Below, piece after piece: positions 14,134 through 27,320 of a stretch of 64,000 nucleotides of DNA. The DNA lies in contig NW_026918238.1 of NCBI RefSeq assembly GCF_032062105.1, forward strand, positions 62,001 to 126,000. Reading direction: 5' to 3'. Within the stretch, counting starts at the first letter, position 1. Every line of letters starts with the position of its first letter. This DNA comes from Saccostrea cucullata. Taxonomy: Eukaryota. The translations under genes were made by a program, and so were the position numbers. The notes under the pieces were generated by a model. It was not told where the DNA came from, searched no databases, and saw nothing but the letters and a program-made list of their open reading frames with translations.

Positions 14134-16418
14134 TACAAAGTGTCCTTGGGTAAAGGGGATTCAAGTTTGTTTAAATGAAGGGCCATGCCCTTTTCCAAGG
14201 GGAGATATTCATGAATTAGAGAAAAATTAATGGCATTTTTAAAAAATCTTCTCAAGAATTATACGGCCAGGAAAGATGAAACTCAAGTGGAATCATCCTC
14301 AGGTAGTGTAGATTCAAGTTTGTTCAAATCATGACCCCCGAGGGTAGGGTGGGGCAAAAATGGCCGATCAAAGTTTTACATAGGAATATATAGGAAAAAT
14401 CTTTAAAAAATCTTCTTTCTCAAGAACCACTGGGCCAGGAAAGATGAAACTCATGTGGAATCATCAACAGGTAGTGTAGATTCAAGTTTGTTCAAATCAT
14501 GACCCCCAGGGGTAGGGTGGGGCCAAAATGGCTGATCAAATTTTTACATAGGAGTATATAGGAAAAATCTTTAAAAATCTTCTTCTCAAGACCCACTGGG
14601 CCAGGAAAGATGAAACTCATGTAGAATCATCCTCAGGTAGTGTAGATTCAAGTTTGTTCAAATCATGACCCCTGGGGGTAGGGTGGGGCCAAAATGACCG
14701 ATCAAAGTTTTACATAGGAATATATAGGAAAAATCTTTAAAAATCTTCTTCTCAAGAACCACTGGGCCAGGAAAGATGAAACTCATGTGGAATCATCCTC
14801 AGGTAGTGTAGATTCAAGTTTGTTCAAATCATGACCCCTGGGGGTAGGGTGGGGCCAAAATGACCGATCAAAGTTTTACATAGGAATATATAGGAAAAAG
14901 TCTTTAAAAATCTTCTTCTCAAGAACCATTGAGACAGGAAATATGAATCTCAAATGAAATTATCCTCAGGTAGTGTAGTTTCAGCTTTTTCATACATGAC
15001 CCCTGGGGGTAGGGTGGGGCCAAAATGGCCGACCAAAGTTTGACATAGGAATATATAGTGAAACCTTTTGAAATCTTCTTTTCAAGTACTTCAAAGCCAT
15101 GATTAGTTATATTTATATGGAATCATCCTCAGGTAATGTAGATTCTAGTTCGTTCAAATCATGATCCCCTGGGGGGTTAAAATTCAACCCCCCAATCTCA
15201 GTAAACTTTTAGTTCTGATCTGATATGTGTTTTTTCCTAGCCAATGTGCTCAGGTGAGCGCTGTGGCCCCTGGGCCTCTTGTTGATGTATTGAGTTTTAT
15301 TTAGTAAACCTTGTAGCACTTACTAATACAATGCATATTAGACAGCTTACATGTTTAAGCGAATTATTATCATTTGCTCTAATATACCCCCCTCCGAAAA
15401 AGATTACTTCTGTAGTGATCCAAAAAAAAACTGTCTCAGTTTTTATAAGTATAATTAAAATCAAACACCCCCCACCCCCAAAGACCAACGTGTTGATGAC
15501 TTTCAGTAGAATGCATAGATACAAGTATATAATTTAACACCTTTCAGTTGTATTCAATTTTTGTCAATGGAAAACAGATTTCTGGATTGCAAAGTTTATG
15601 TGATACACTGTAAAACTCAACTGAATCCATGCAAAATATCCTTTTAGCTGGCAGCCCACTCTTCGTGGCTTGCTTTTATTTCAACTTCCTTTTTCTTTCA
15701 AAAAAAGATATTGATGACGTCAGGGAATTTGAGAATGTTCATTGAAAGCAGAGAGAGGATCCCATCTTCCTCAGCTAACGTCACTAGTTCAGAGTTGATT
15801 TTTTGGTCTCTTGAAGTAAAAAAATAAGTCGATATTTCTGCACCGTCAAAATCTTTTTTTATTTTCTTGAGAACGGAAATTTATATCAAACGCGTCCTTG
15901 AAAATAGATATTTTATATTGTACACGAAGAAAACATAGCTAAGATTAAAAATAACTATTGATATGTCACCATGATGCTGTCTCAATGAAATTTCTAAATC
16001 CAGATGATCTATCTACTTAATTATTAAATTTGCTCTCTGTTCTAAAGATTGTTTTAATTTGAGGTTGATCTGACAATCCTTTGTACATCAGTAGCACCAA
16101 GTCCCAGTTTCCTGAGGCGTCAATCATAATATTCTTTGTCAAATAGCAATAATCGATTTATGGCTTCAATGCCTATGTAATAATTACAATTATCTCTTCT
16201 TCCAATATATTGAGGAAAACTTTAAATTTTTAATTGAATGTGTAACTCTTGTTGACCTTGAAATTTTAAAACAATTATTAATTGTATATTTCATGTATTT
16301 TGTTCAGACACTACAACAAAGAAGGCTTACATTTATTGATGCAATTTAATTTTGTTGCATAAAATGTGTTTTTAACTTATGAATAAGGCCATATAGCGCA
16401 AAATATTATCATTCTTGT

Positions 16419-16457
<39 letters not shown>

Positions 16458-19400
16458 GTGGCGATTGTTCATCTTAGCCTCTACATGTAAACATTGTGAA
16501 GCTAAAAATCGGTATCTGATGATTCCTTCAAGCTGCTCTGACCTTTGCCTGTAATTTTCCGTGGCCTGGTGATGTAAATTGTAACACAGTAACGGTTACC
16601 AGACGGGAAGGAGTTTATAAAGCACCGACATTAGCAGTCATAAAACTTCCTAAAAAATCACAATATGATGTTGAGTAGCAGATTCTTATTATAAACATGA
16701 ATCTATTTGCTAGGAAAAGACTCTTCATTGCAATAAATCCACGAGTCTGCATGGATCTATGAAGAATATATTTTTAAGTTCCTCAGAAAATGTTAAAGTA
16801 GCGATTTTTAAAGATTTGAAATCATCAGTAGGGTTGTTTGCTGCGAAGGATTGAATTACTGATCAACACCTATTAAAAAAATCAAATTGTTTGTAGGTGT
16901 TTATATATAGAGCAGAATTTAATTATATTGAATTTAAATGTCAAATCCTTTATCAATGTTTATGACTGTATATGCAGCAGCAATGTAGCCAAAATCGAAG
17001 AGCTGTCGGCAGTGTTGACAGATCAGACCATCCATAAAGAAAATTAAAGATAAAGCTGTAAATGCTCTCCGTTAATCCCTAATTTATCTATAGATTATTC
17101 AATTGTAATACAATGAATTGGAAATGTTAGCAACATTACTGCTACTTGATTCGCTTCAAGGTCCCTAGCTGAATGAAAGGCCAATTCAAATCAAGCTACA
17201 CAATAATTGAATTTCATTCTTTTTATTGAATAAGGTGATAATTAAATGTGAATTTTGCCTTTTCGTCGGATTGCGAAACAAAACCTGATACTTTAGATTG
17301 ATTATGTAGTTTTTTGTCTGTCTATAACTCGTTTTTTTTAAACTCTGTTTTGTGACCTTTTTATTCTTAGATTAAATCTCCACAGATAGATATGTATATC
17401 AATGTCAGGTTTGTTTATAGAAAATGAATAGGTATTAGTTTCAACGAATTCAAAGTTACCCGTGTATATTCTATATTTAAAGTGATAAAGAAATGTTAAT
17501 ATTGATCAGGTCTGGATGATTGCAAAATGTATATTATGTTAATACATCGATAAAGTTTAAAAATAATGCAAAATATTACTTGGTATGCATCCTAGATAAT
17601 GTATATTTAAAAAAAATCCGCAAAGGTGTATATACATGTATTTTTGAAATGCCTTGAAAAATGTCACTAAGGATGTCCAGTCTATATATATGCATCAAAC
17701 TTTAAGACATCTGAATTATTCTTTTTTTTAATTACAGTCATCAAAAAGCAAAAAGCTTCCTCGCCTCAGTCCGAAATCCAAGAAAAAAATAAGTCGGACG
17801 AAAAACGAAATGGACACGAAAAATGGCGACCCCAACAAGAAAATGGCCAACGGCTTCACTAGCCAAGAAAACCATGGTAAGTATAGATGTGGGGGTTATA
17901 TAATCACTTTTTTCTGTGTCTTTTATGTTCGGTTGTTTTATCGCCAATAGAATGATATATGCGTAGGAGGAAACATGATTGCCTTAATGAAATTGAACAA
18001 AAAATCTAAAATCAAATTGTTGCATGTTTGGCAAATACATAATTGCGATCTACTCTGTGTTGTGATTTAATACTTACATTGACAAAACGCTTATTAAAAA
18101 TTGAATATTACTATGTTTACACATGCCGCAAGTGTTATAGATTAATGTTGACATCTATTATAAGAAATTGACTTAGTGTTCGGCTCCCTTCATTTAACTT
18201 AATGTAAATATCTTTTAAGAGATGCATGATATTTAGGTACAGTCATTTTTCACATTTATTTTGTTAAATATTATAATTTTTATTTTCTGTTCTTACCAAA
18301 GATTTTATATCCCTGAATTCAAAATATACCTTTAATTTATATAGTTGCAGATTTGTATTAGGATATACTGTATATAAATAAATGTCGGACTAATGTGCAA
18401 GCACTTTTTGGAATCATAATTAAATGGAACTGTTTATGCTTATTATTTAGAATGATTACGCAGAATGGCTAATTCCGTAATTCATACGACGAACGATATA
18501 TTTCTCAAGTGTTGAAGCCCAAACATCATTCATTAACCTACCCGCCCCCAATAATTAAAAACCTTTGATCCACCACAGTTCACAAAGATGGGCGGAATCA
18601 CGTCTAAGTAAACTTCCTAGGAAATTTCTTATGGAGATGAGTCATTGCTGCTTGTAATCCCAGTTTATTTTGAGGTTCAGAACTTGCAAGTATCAGGCGG
18701 TCGATTAGCCGATATTCTAGAAATGCACACAATGTTCAAAGGGATTTAATTTCAAACAGTACTTTTACGATTAGATGGGGGTAAAACAAAGTTGGGAATA
18801 ATGTTGAAATATTCATAGCACATTGATATTCTTTCATTACATGTAAGATGACTTCAGCAATCTCACTTGTGAAGGTCAATGTCTTCCTTAGAATGCAATT
18901 AAAACATTAAACGCTACTCTATGTTTTGTCGAGACTATATTATAAGAAAAAGCGAGACTACTCTGCCAGTTAATAGGTTTGACATTTAGAAATATAAATA
19001 CATGTCCATGGCAAAATGTCATATTTTCATTATCTTGGTGTAAACAAGCAAGATTTTTGCACAATCAGTTGAAGATTCCTGTCATAATATGGCTCTTGGT
19101 GAACAATCCTTCCTTTAAAACTCGTGTTTAGGAGTTGCAGGGTGTTATTTAGCAAAGTTCGGTTATTAATAATTTTTTCTAATCTATGTCTTAAATTATG
19201 ATGTTTTTGTACAATTTTCTAACTTGTTTACAAAGGTTTATCATGATATACGAAGGAAAGAATTGTTTAGGTGGGGAGAAACGTAGTACATGTACCGTTA
19301 AATGTGATATGATGAGTCTACTTTTGACATTAAAAATGGTCTTGTTGGAAAATTAACTTTTTATGACTTTGTCCTTGAATTTTTTTAGCACTTGCAGTGG

Positions 19401-22400
19401 TTGTATCTAATAATTTTATTTACTTGAAAGTTTTCCCAAACTATGTTATGTCAGAGCATGAATAATGAAAAGTCTTAGGGGACTCTCATCCTTCATGACC
19501 AATCGTATACACAAAATAAAAATTGCATCCTTGTGCGTGGTTTTCTTATTTGGTCTTATCTTTGTTTTTAGCTTGAATGTACTAATTCCCATGGAACAGA
19601 ACACACAAGTTTCCTGATAAATAATAAAAGAAATTGAGGGGGATGAAAAGTATAATGGGAAGTACTTTCCCAGCATGCAAACTGTTTCTGGAAGTAGACT
19701 CCCTTTGTCTCTCGAGCCCGATGTTATTGATCAAGGGATGATCCGGTTATCGGGTCCGTCAGTCCGATAAACACATTATCTCATTAAGATAAACGGAAGA
19801 GGGTTTGATTTATGTACTTTTGCTGATCTTTTGGAGGGTTTGCGTGCACTGTTATGTAATATGTAAACAGACACATCTCCTATGACGTTGAAACGTTGCA
19901 GACTTTAAAAAGTTGTATCTATTTCATATACATGTAAAGTTATTTGTGGTATTACGTTTTTGTATGTGTTTGTGTTCGAATTCCATCTCGAATATCTCGG
20001 TCATATTTGAAATAGCGTATGTCAAGTACACTTTGTGTACATACTTGCTTTTTGTTGTTATAAGCTGACGTGTTTGCAAGACTCCGAGGTTTTTATGAAA
20101 AAAATTCATCTCCTACTCATTGTACTCAACACTGGAATTATTGAGTGTTTTTCTTCTTATGTCTTAAATGTTCAATTCAATCATATTGTGACGATAGCTC
20201 TAGAGTCAGGGAAAAAATGATAAGGAAAATTAAAACATACAGACAGTTTCGTGCTTAGTTGCAAATAACAAAGGGTAAATCCTGTGCCAAAACCTAAGTA
20301 CTCTTTTTATGCAGCTGTTTCATCCAAACAACACTTTACTCTTAGCAGCCTGTATAAAAGTTACATGTATGACCAGAGCTTTGTCTTCATAACTAAGCGA
20401 AAACATTGTCATTCTTAACATTGAGAATTTTGATTGTAATTCAGCCTTAGTGTTTTTGTAAAATTTATGAATCGGGCAGTGGACATCTCAGACAAGCCTT
20501 CCTTAGGACAGATGTAACAAAGAAAATTTGGACCTAATTTTATTGTAAATTGGTAAATAAAATGTTTTTTTTAAAAATTGAGATATGCTAAACCTTGTAT
20601 GATGTTCACAGTTCAACATTTCTGCTGTCGTATATATAAAACTGTACACCTTTTCTTCACTTTATTAGACATGCAACATGTAATTGGTTTTAATAAAAAA
20701 TTAAATTCTACATTTCATATACATAAACTTGAGTGAAGTTGTTATTTTCTTGATTTGTAAAGAAAGTTTGTATCGAATGACCTTACATTCTTACAATCGT
20801 GATGAAGAAAAAATATCTTCAGATTAAGGGGAAAAATAAGCCTATGCTTCGGTTCAACTCGAAGGCAGCATTCGGTGCAAACTGTAATTGCCGATTATAT
20901 AAAAAAAATTACGACACGCGAGCCATATCAGTTGTTATGCAAACTGTATAATGCATTTGTATTTAATTGTATTTTATAGATATGAAACAAGCTTTTGAAC
21001 TTTTTGACAAAAACCATGATGGCAAAATTTCCAGTGACGAACTAGGAAGGGTTTTACGGACCCTTGGTCATAACTACTCCCAGGAGGAAGTAGAAGACAT
21101 GATAAAGAATGCGGACACGAATGGTAAGGATAACTAAATCCGAAAAAAATGGTAAGATGTTTTATTTAAGCCAGTCCTTATCGAAAACAATATTCTTACT
21201 TAATTAAAGATGAGTGTAGTTTTGATATTTCATTTTGCGCACTCTACTGCTTTGCAGAATGAATTACAGATGGCAAATCATCCAACAAGCTGAATAAAGT
21301 AAAATGTAGTAAAATTATTATTAGGGCGTTCACTTCCGCTGAATCATTGTACAAATGCTCGGACTTGAGGTGTACATGTATTTCTATCGTTCAGATAACA
21401 ATAAAATATACTAAGTATCTAATCGTGTTTGAGAAATCCTGATTAAACTTTCAAATATGCAAAATGTTTGTTGTGATGTGAATTTTACAGCCATGCAGTT
21501 GTCGTTTATTGACGCGGTGAAATCTACAATTCAAATCCAAAGCTATGTTGAAAATATAACTGTACAAAGCATATACCTAGAGAAACTTTGCTGTAGGTCT
21601 TTGTACAGAGACTTTGGTTAATAAATGGAATACCCGTTAAGCATTCGAAAAAATACAGTATTTTCTCTTTTTGCAGAAAATGGATTCGTTGAATTTGACG
21701 AATTTGTAGTTATGATGAGGAGGTGGACGCACAATAGCGTAGTAGAGGGCGCTGATGGAGTCTCGACGTCGTCATCGTCATCTAAATCAGAGAAACAACT
21801 GGAGGCATTCCGAGTGTTTGACATGGATGGAAACGGGTATATTGATAAGCATGAACTGAGGTACACCATGAGGCGACTTGGCGAGAATTTGTCAGACGAA
21901 GATATTAAAGAAATGTTCAAGGAGGCGGATCTAAACGGAGATGGTCTAATAGATTACAGCGGTACATACTTTTTTATCAAATGATTTTACTGTCATCAAT
22001 GATTCAATATTTTTTCAATAAGAATATTTAGCAAAAGACCTTTTTTAAAGTTGGCTCGTTTAATAGACTGGGGAAATATATATTATATCATATTTATTAA
22101 TATCAGTTTGTATTACTTAAGTTATGCCTCCGTAACGCTGATAATTTTTCTAAAATTTTGACATTAAACACTTAATGATTGAAATTGATTTTTTTGTCAT
22201 GCCTCTCTTAAGATGTGCCATACCCATCATTACATAAGTGCAATTAATTTATTTTTTGCTAAATTTTTAAGCGTAGGCTCTTATGGTACATAATAGCATA
22301 TTTTGTGTCCAATGATCTCAAATCTTGAATATTTTCACCTTTAATCTCTTCAATCGCTTTCATTTGATATCATAACAGCTATGGTTGGAAAGATGTACAG

Positions 22401-22561
22401 AGTGTATATCATGTAAATTGTATGACTGTTCCCTTACTGAGATGTAGATATTCAAGTAAACTGATTGCATGAGCATCAATTTACCTGTTAAATTTTTCAA
22501 AGCTCTTTTTATTTTATTTCCAGAATTTTCTAGATTACTGCACAATTTTTTACCGGAGTAA
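6671..22561 (+). CDS. Calmodulin-like protein, 4 EF-hands, ~205 aa (spliced gene)
   Basis: Exons 6671-6682 (tentative), 17738-17876, 20980-21123, 21677-21961 and 22524-22561 join in frame at GT-AG sites. EF loops [36 protein letters not shown] and [12 protein letters not shown]; ends [12 protein letters not shown]. Confidence 0.85.
9937..10200 (+). mobile_element. 5' fragment of a Helentron-like non-autonomous element
   Basis: TTATTAGGACCCCGC...CTATAGTGATCAGTCTGACCGTCCG start in a T-run, with a duplicated CTTGTCC..AGCATAT..TCTCTC unit. Truncated. Confidence 0.4.
12589..15722. promoter_or_regulatory. Three perfect CRE palindromes (TGACGTCA) at 12589, 13833 and 15715
   Basis: Exact matches to the CREB/ATF consensus in the putative first intron of the calmodulin-like gene. 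Function not shown. Confidence 0.3.
13981..15283 (+). mobile_element. Full-length non-autonomous Helentron (HINE) with ~167-bp Cg170-like satellite array
   Basis: 5' TTAGCTCACCTGAGCCAAAGGCTCAAGTGAGC hairpin, (GTC/GTT)n microsatellite, ~5.5 tandem ~167-bp units, subterminal inverted CTCAGGTGAGC and 3' GGCCCCTGGGCC hairpin followed by TCTTGTT. No TSD; T-rich target. Confidence 0.9.
16422..16455. repeat. (CT)n microsatellite
   Basis: About 17 CT units. Confidence 0.95.
17738..17876 (+). CDS. Calmodulin-like gene exon: basic N-terminal extension
   Basis: TTTTTTTTAATTACAG acceptor and GTAAGT donor; open frame [46 protein letters not shown]; phase 1 joins the next exon. Confidence 0.8.
20980..21123 (+). 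CDS. Calmodulin-like gene exon: EF-hand 1 and start of EF-hand 2
   Basis: 144 nt, the size of the equivalent calmodulin exon; [48 protein letters not shown]; TAG and GTAAGG splice sites. Confidence 0.95.
21677..21961 (+). CDS. Calmodulin-like gene exon: EF-hands 2-4
   Basis: TTTTTGCAG acceptor; [16 protein letters not shown]...[18 protein letters not shown]...[12 protein letters not shown]; GT donor at 21962. Confidence 0.95.
22524..22561 (+). CDS. Calmodulin-like gene terminal coding exon
   Basis: TTTTATTTCCAG acceptor; completes EF4 (E at loop position 12), then [14 protein letters not shown]. Confidence 0.85.
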
Positions 22562-23884
22562 CCGCAGCATTGTGATGGGTCTTGTTGTTGACGAAATAAT
22601 ACCAATGATGTCATCAGCTTCCGTTATCTGCTAATTTCTACATAATTATTACCGGAACAGAGTATGTGGAGTATAAATTATTCTGAATTCCAGCCACGGG
22701 AAGTTAAACTCATGATTTGATAACTCGTACCTCATTGAACGCAGTGGATGCCTGACATTTACTCATCGACGGAGTTGATAGTACAATACATTCCATTGGT
22801 CAAAGAGGCGATCACGTGATGTGATGCAACAGCTCTCATTTCCAATCAGAGAATATTTTGTCTCATTCAAAAGCTCAGCGACTGTATACTTGTGGGCAAC
22901 ATCAAACATCTGTATTCACATTCAGCTGTATTTAAATTTCACTTGGAAATAATTGAAGTAATTATTATAGATGTTAAAACATTTTCAGTGTTCATATGTT
23001 CAAATAACATATGACCACCTTTTATAAAATTCTATTCAAAATTAATAAATTGATAAAGTTAGAAAGCTTTAGCAATCATACACAACTAGCACACCTTCTA
23101 TCGGCAAATAAACTGTCAATAAATTAGCGATAACTTTTTAGAACAATTATATGTAACTGTTTACAATTTGAGGTTGACGCATGATTTGTTGTTGATTGCT
23201 GAATATTTATAAGAGAATTACCCTGTTACGTGTATCATCATTTGTCGTTAATACTGATGTTTAACTTTTTAACCATTTCATTTGAAATGGGATGTGTTTG
23301 TCCTTCACCTTGTTAACTGGATTGTTCTTTTTTTTATTTTTATATGTATTTGACTTTATCAATTTTCTTTTGTGTGTGATAATCAGAATATTTTCAATAT
23401 TTCTCCGCCAATTATGGACGATTTATTTTTGGTGAATACAAGGAGAAATTGTTGGTATCTAGAAACCTTGTGCTAAGTTAAAATTAATAGATATATATAT
23501 GTATACTTAATGTATGTATACTTAATGTATAGAAAGTTTTATTTACAAGTTTGTGATATCTATGGTACTTGACTTATTATATGCAGAATGATATCACGTG
23601 ATTCAAATAATGTTAATTTCATAGTACTTCAAGGGAAATAAGGAAATTTTCCTGCGAATTATTTAATTACTTAATGGATGTCTTCCTGTCTTTAAAATTA
23701 AAAAAAAATGTTTTTCTTAGCTAGAACATGATTTTTCTAATTTTAGGGTTTAGAATTTTACACCGATTTACTTTTGAAATCCAAAAGTAAAAGTAAAAGA
23801 AGGATTTGTCTGTGATGATCTCCCAAAGGAACCAGAGTGTTGTTAATAATTACAAATATTGTAAATACAGTTTACATTACACTT

Positions 23885-23898
23885 AATAAAACAATAAA
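23885..23898 (+). terminator. Candidate polyadenylation signals (twin AATAAA) of the calmodulin-like gene
   Basis: AATAAA at 23885 and 23893 followed by T/GT-rich sequence. A more proximal AATAAA is at 23044. Confidence 0.3.
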
Positions 23899-24569
23899 CC
23901 ATTTTTGAGTTCTCAGAACGTATCCTTTGTTGTGACTGCATGATTCGTTCAACTTGACATTAAATAATAATAATAGAGATCAGTTAGACGTATACATACT
24001 TGTGAAAGTTACTATTAATAATAAATCATCGATACTCTTATAAGAAAGATCTATTCAAGACAAAAATGTCTATTATTCATTCATAAAATTGACAAGCTGA
24101 AATATCTTTCTTGGTCCAGTTTTGCCCAGCAAGCTATACAGTAATTGCTTATACATGTATTTTACTTAAAATATAATATATTTCTCTTGAAAAAAATGAG
24201 TTAACTAACATTTAAAACAATTCAAAAGGTGGATCAAAAACCTTAAATTGTGAGGATTTTTTTTACTCTAGACATATAATTATTTAAGAAAATGTTTGTC
24301 GCTTTCATTAATATTTACCTATTACTGTATACCAGAATCACTCAGGTTGCATTCGATATGTACTTTAAGGTCATATATACAATGTAAGTTCTTCACAATA
24401 CCTTCCCCACTGATAATTTTCTAAAATCAAAGTGCTAGTAACTGTTCTGAGGCAAAACAAACCAGCTTGCATTACTATCAAATTATGAAGATCCTTTGAT
24501 GTATACAGAAAAAAATATACAAATTTCTCTTGGTAATTCCTCACTATTTTTCGTGCAATTGTTTGTTAA

Positions 24570-25317
24570 AGGGATATGGACACAGTTTCAGCTGAATTTT
24601 TTACAACCAATTTTCATGTTTACAGTTACTAACTAAGGCATCATCTAATGATCAGCAGAAAGTTGAACTCCTTTTTTTTAATTTACAAACGAGAGAGTTC
24701 TTAAAAATGTAAACAAGGCTCGTGTCTTATTTATATTTACACGTAAAATTTAATCATATTTATAAAACATGTAAAGAATTAACTTTTTTTATTGAAATCA
24801 TCTGCTTTGGACGAAAATATATTTGTACAGATATATTTTATATTAGTAATTTCAGTTAAGTAAGAAGTTTTGCATTACGTCACAACCCATGATGACACTG
24901 CGCTCAAGGTTAACAGTACACGCCTCCTAACCGCAAGCTTTACGACTGGAAGTTTCTTCTAATCCCTGATTGGTTGCTCGTGCAGCAGACTATTTTCTGT
25001 GTCAATATTGATAATATGAGTTGACCAATCACACAGCTAGATTGTGAATTGTTTACGCTGGATGCATCTGCCGAAAAAGATCGTGACGTTATGCAACATT
25101 TCACACTTAACTGAAATTGAAATTAATAATAATATTTAAACAAAAACATGACACCGACCATGTTTACAAAACAAAGGTTTGGAGCTCTAATTCTGTCTTG
25201 TATCCAACAACTGAAGCTCAAATTTTGATGATCATTAGAAAGACCTTAGTTAGATATTTGTAAAAATGAAAAAATAAATTTGAATTTTTTTTTATCTGAA
25301 ACTGTGTGCATGTACCT
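24570..25317. mobile_element. Kolobok-like MITE (TTAA TSD)
   Basis: TTAA|AGGGATATGGACACAGTTTCAG ... CTGAAACTGTGTGCATGTACCT|TTAA; ~22-bp imperfect TIRs with AG/CT termini. Confidence 0.75.
24849..25119. mobile_element. Small inverted-repeat element nested in the Kolobok-like MITE; second copy at 29612-29864
   Basis: Ends AATTTCAGTTAAGT ... ACTTAACTGAAATT; internal sequence (CGCCTCCTA..AAGCTTTACGACTGGAA..GATAATATGAGTTGACCA) is shared with 29612-29864. Confidence 0.7.
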
Positions 25318-25321
25318 TTAA

Positions 25322-25591
25322 CCTTGGACTTTCAGTAAGGCGTGGTATTCTCGACGTTACATAACAAGCATGGGATAGAAATTTGGGTGAATGTCAACGA
25401 GAGTAGCAATTATCCAATAAAAGCATCTCGGACTGCAAAGAGGTGAGGTTTAAGCCGTTTAATTGTTGTCAACAACAATTTAATTGTTCCTGAGGTTATA
25501 TGAATTTCTTAACCAATGAGAATCTATTCGCCATTTGAAATACGTAAATTACGTAGCACCGAGAATGCTACGCCTTACTGAAAGTCCAAGG
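25322..25591. mobile_element. MITE with ~32-bp TIRs
   Basis: CCTTGGACTTTCAGTAAGGCGTGGTATTCTCG ... CGAGAATGCTACGCCTTACTGAAAGTCCAAGG. Confidence 0.8.
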
Positions 25592-25859
25592 ATGACAGGG
25601 AATTATACTATTCAGAGTACATGTATACCATTCCTAGGTAATTTCGCACAGAGGTGTTTCTTTTATTTGGATTTGTGAACTATTACTATACAGTTAATAA
25701 AAACACTTCATTGCGTGCATAAAAGTGATACACTGTAATAGTAAAACAGGTGCAACGAATAAAAACTTCTTTCAGTAGAATACAGACTAATAACTGTAAA
25801 GTGCTTCAAAATTTCAGATATCTGCTAAAAATACACTTTCCTCTTCTAATGTATAGTTT

Positions 25860-27320
25860 TACTCTTTTGGCCTCCTATAGATGTCCAAAAGTGGAGAGAA
25901 AAAGATGATTTTCAAAGAAAAAATGCATTTTCACTATAGATTCAACATAGCCCAACTCCACATCCCTGACGAAAGAGGCAAGAATTTTACAGTTTTGAAG
26001 AGACATCCTTGCTCATGCACTATTTCATTCACTAAAAACCCCTGGTCGATACAAGACTTTTATAGAAATACTAGTAAAAGAATATTACTGTGATTTAAAG
26101 AGTTTCACCCAAACACAAAAAGCTCTGAATCAGGAAGTAATTTTACACTTTCCGAAAATGCTTCCTTGCTACATCAAAACCATGCTCTTAGTATCTGGTA
26201 AACACACGAAGAGCAAGGGGAATTTTGAAATATTAATGCAATTTTACCACATAATTAACAGAGCTCCACCGTAAAAAAGAATTCTTTACCCGTGGGTCAC
26301 AAAATTAAGAAAACTGAATGAGTCACAAGTACATTTGTCCATAATTTCTTCACACCTACATGTACTTTGTTTTTTAAAAAATATATTATACAAAGTAGCA
26401 GAGAAGATTTTCGATTAATAGGAGGTTCTAATTGCATTTTTCGTTTTAAAAGCAAAGAGGTCTCTTCTAAATATCCTCTGAACCTAGGGCCACAAGAGGA
26501 ATCCTATCTTATCATTACCATGTACTTAGTTTATCTTCTTAATACCCAGAAGCAGAAAAGGGAATTTTCAAGGAATGGTGTAATTTTACTACATAAATAA
26601 TACAGACCAACATTAACACCAAAATCCCTTACCTAGAGGCCATGCATTAACATGTATTCACAGATTACATGTAGGAAGAGATACCCTTTGTTATCATTAT
26701 ATGCATCTGTTTGTTTCATACTTAGTGACAGAGGAAATTTTCTGTACATAATGCACTTTCGTTCACTTTGTAATCAACAGAAACCCCATCCCATTGTAAA
26801 ATGGCACCCTTGCTTATCATATAAATATAGTTTGTCATCTACTTAAAACACAAGATGAGAGAAGATTTCCAAAGGAATAAATAATGCATTTCATGATACA
26901 ATCAATAGCGACGTACCTTAAACAAGAAACCCTGAACCAGGGCCATGAAACTCACAATTTAGAAGAAAAAACTTTTTCATAAAATATGCATTTGGTTTGT
27001 TTGTTAAACGACAAAGAGCAGAGAGCATTTTCATAGAAATAATACATTTCAAAACTATAATCAAAAGAGCCTTCTCCATACTACGGAATCCTTGACCATA
27101 TGACCACAACGTTTTGAAAGAAGAACTCTTGCTAAATTATAAGAGGGCAATAAGCTTATATTAAAATGTCCTTGGAACATAATTTGAAGATTCTCAAAGA
27201 AAGAAAATGCAAATTCACTACAGCATTGTCCGTTCCTGCAGGAATCTTATCCAGAGCTCAAGAAATCTTCGAGTTTGGAAGAGACGTCATTGCTCATCAA
27301 ATCTATATACTCGGTTTTTG
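25860..27320 (-). repeat. Old, heavily diverged Helentron-associated satellite array (similar sequence at ~33790-34370)
   Basis: Recurrent GAGAAGATTTT..AAAGAAATAATGCATTTTCAC-like units at roughly 170-bp spacing; very degenerate. Confidence 0.45.

Noticed and set aside
21618-21920. 100-aa antisense ORF
   Set aside because: Shadow of the EF-hand exon on the opposite strand.
6671-22561. Calling the EF-hand gene canonical calmodulin
   Set aside because: Too divergent (N-terminal extension, longer linker, many substitutions), so no gene symbol is assigned.
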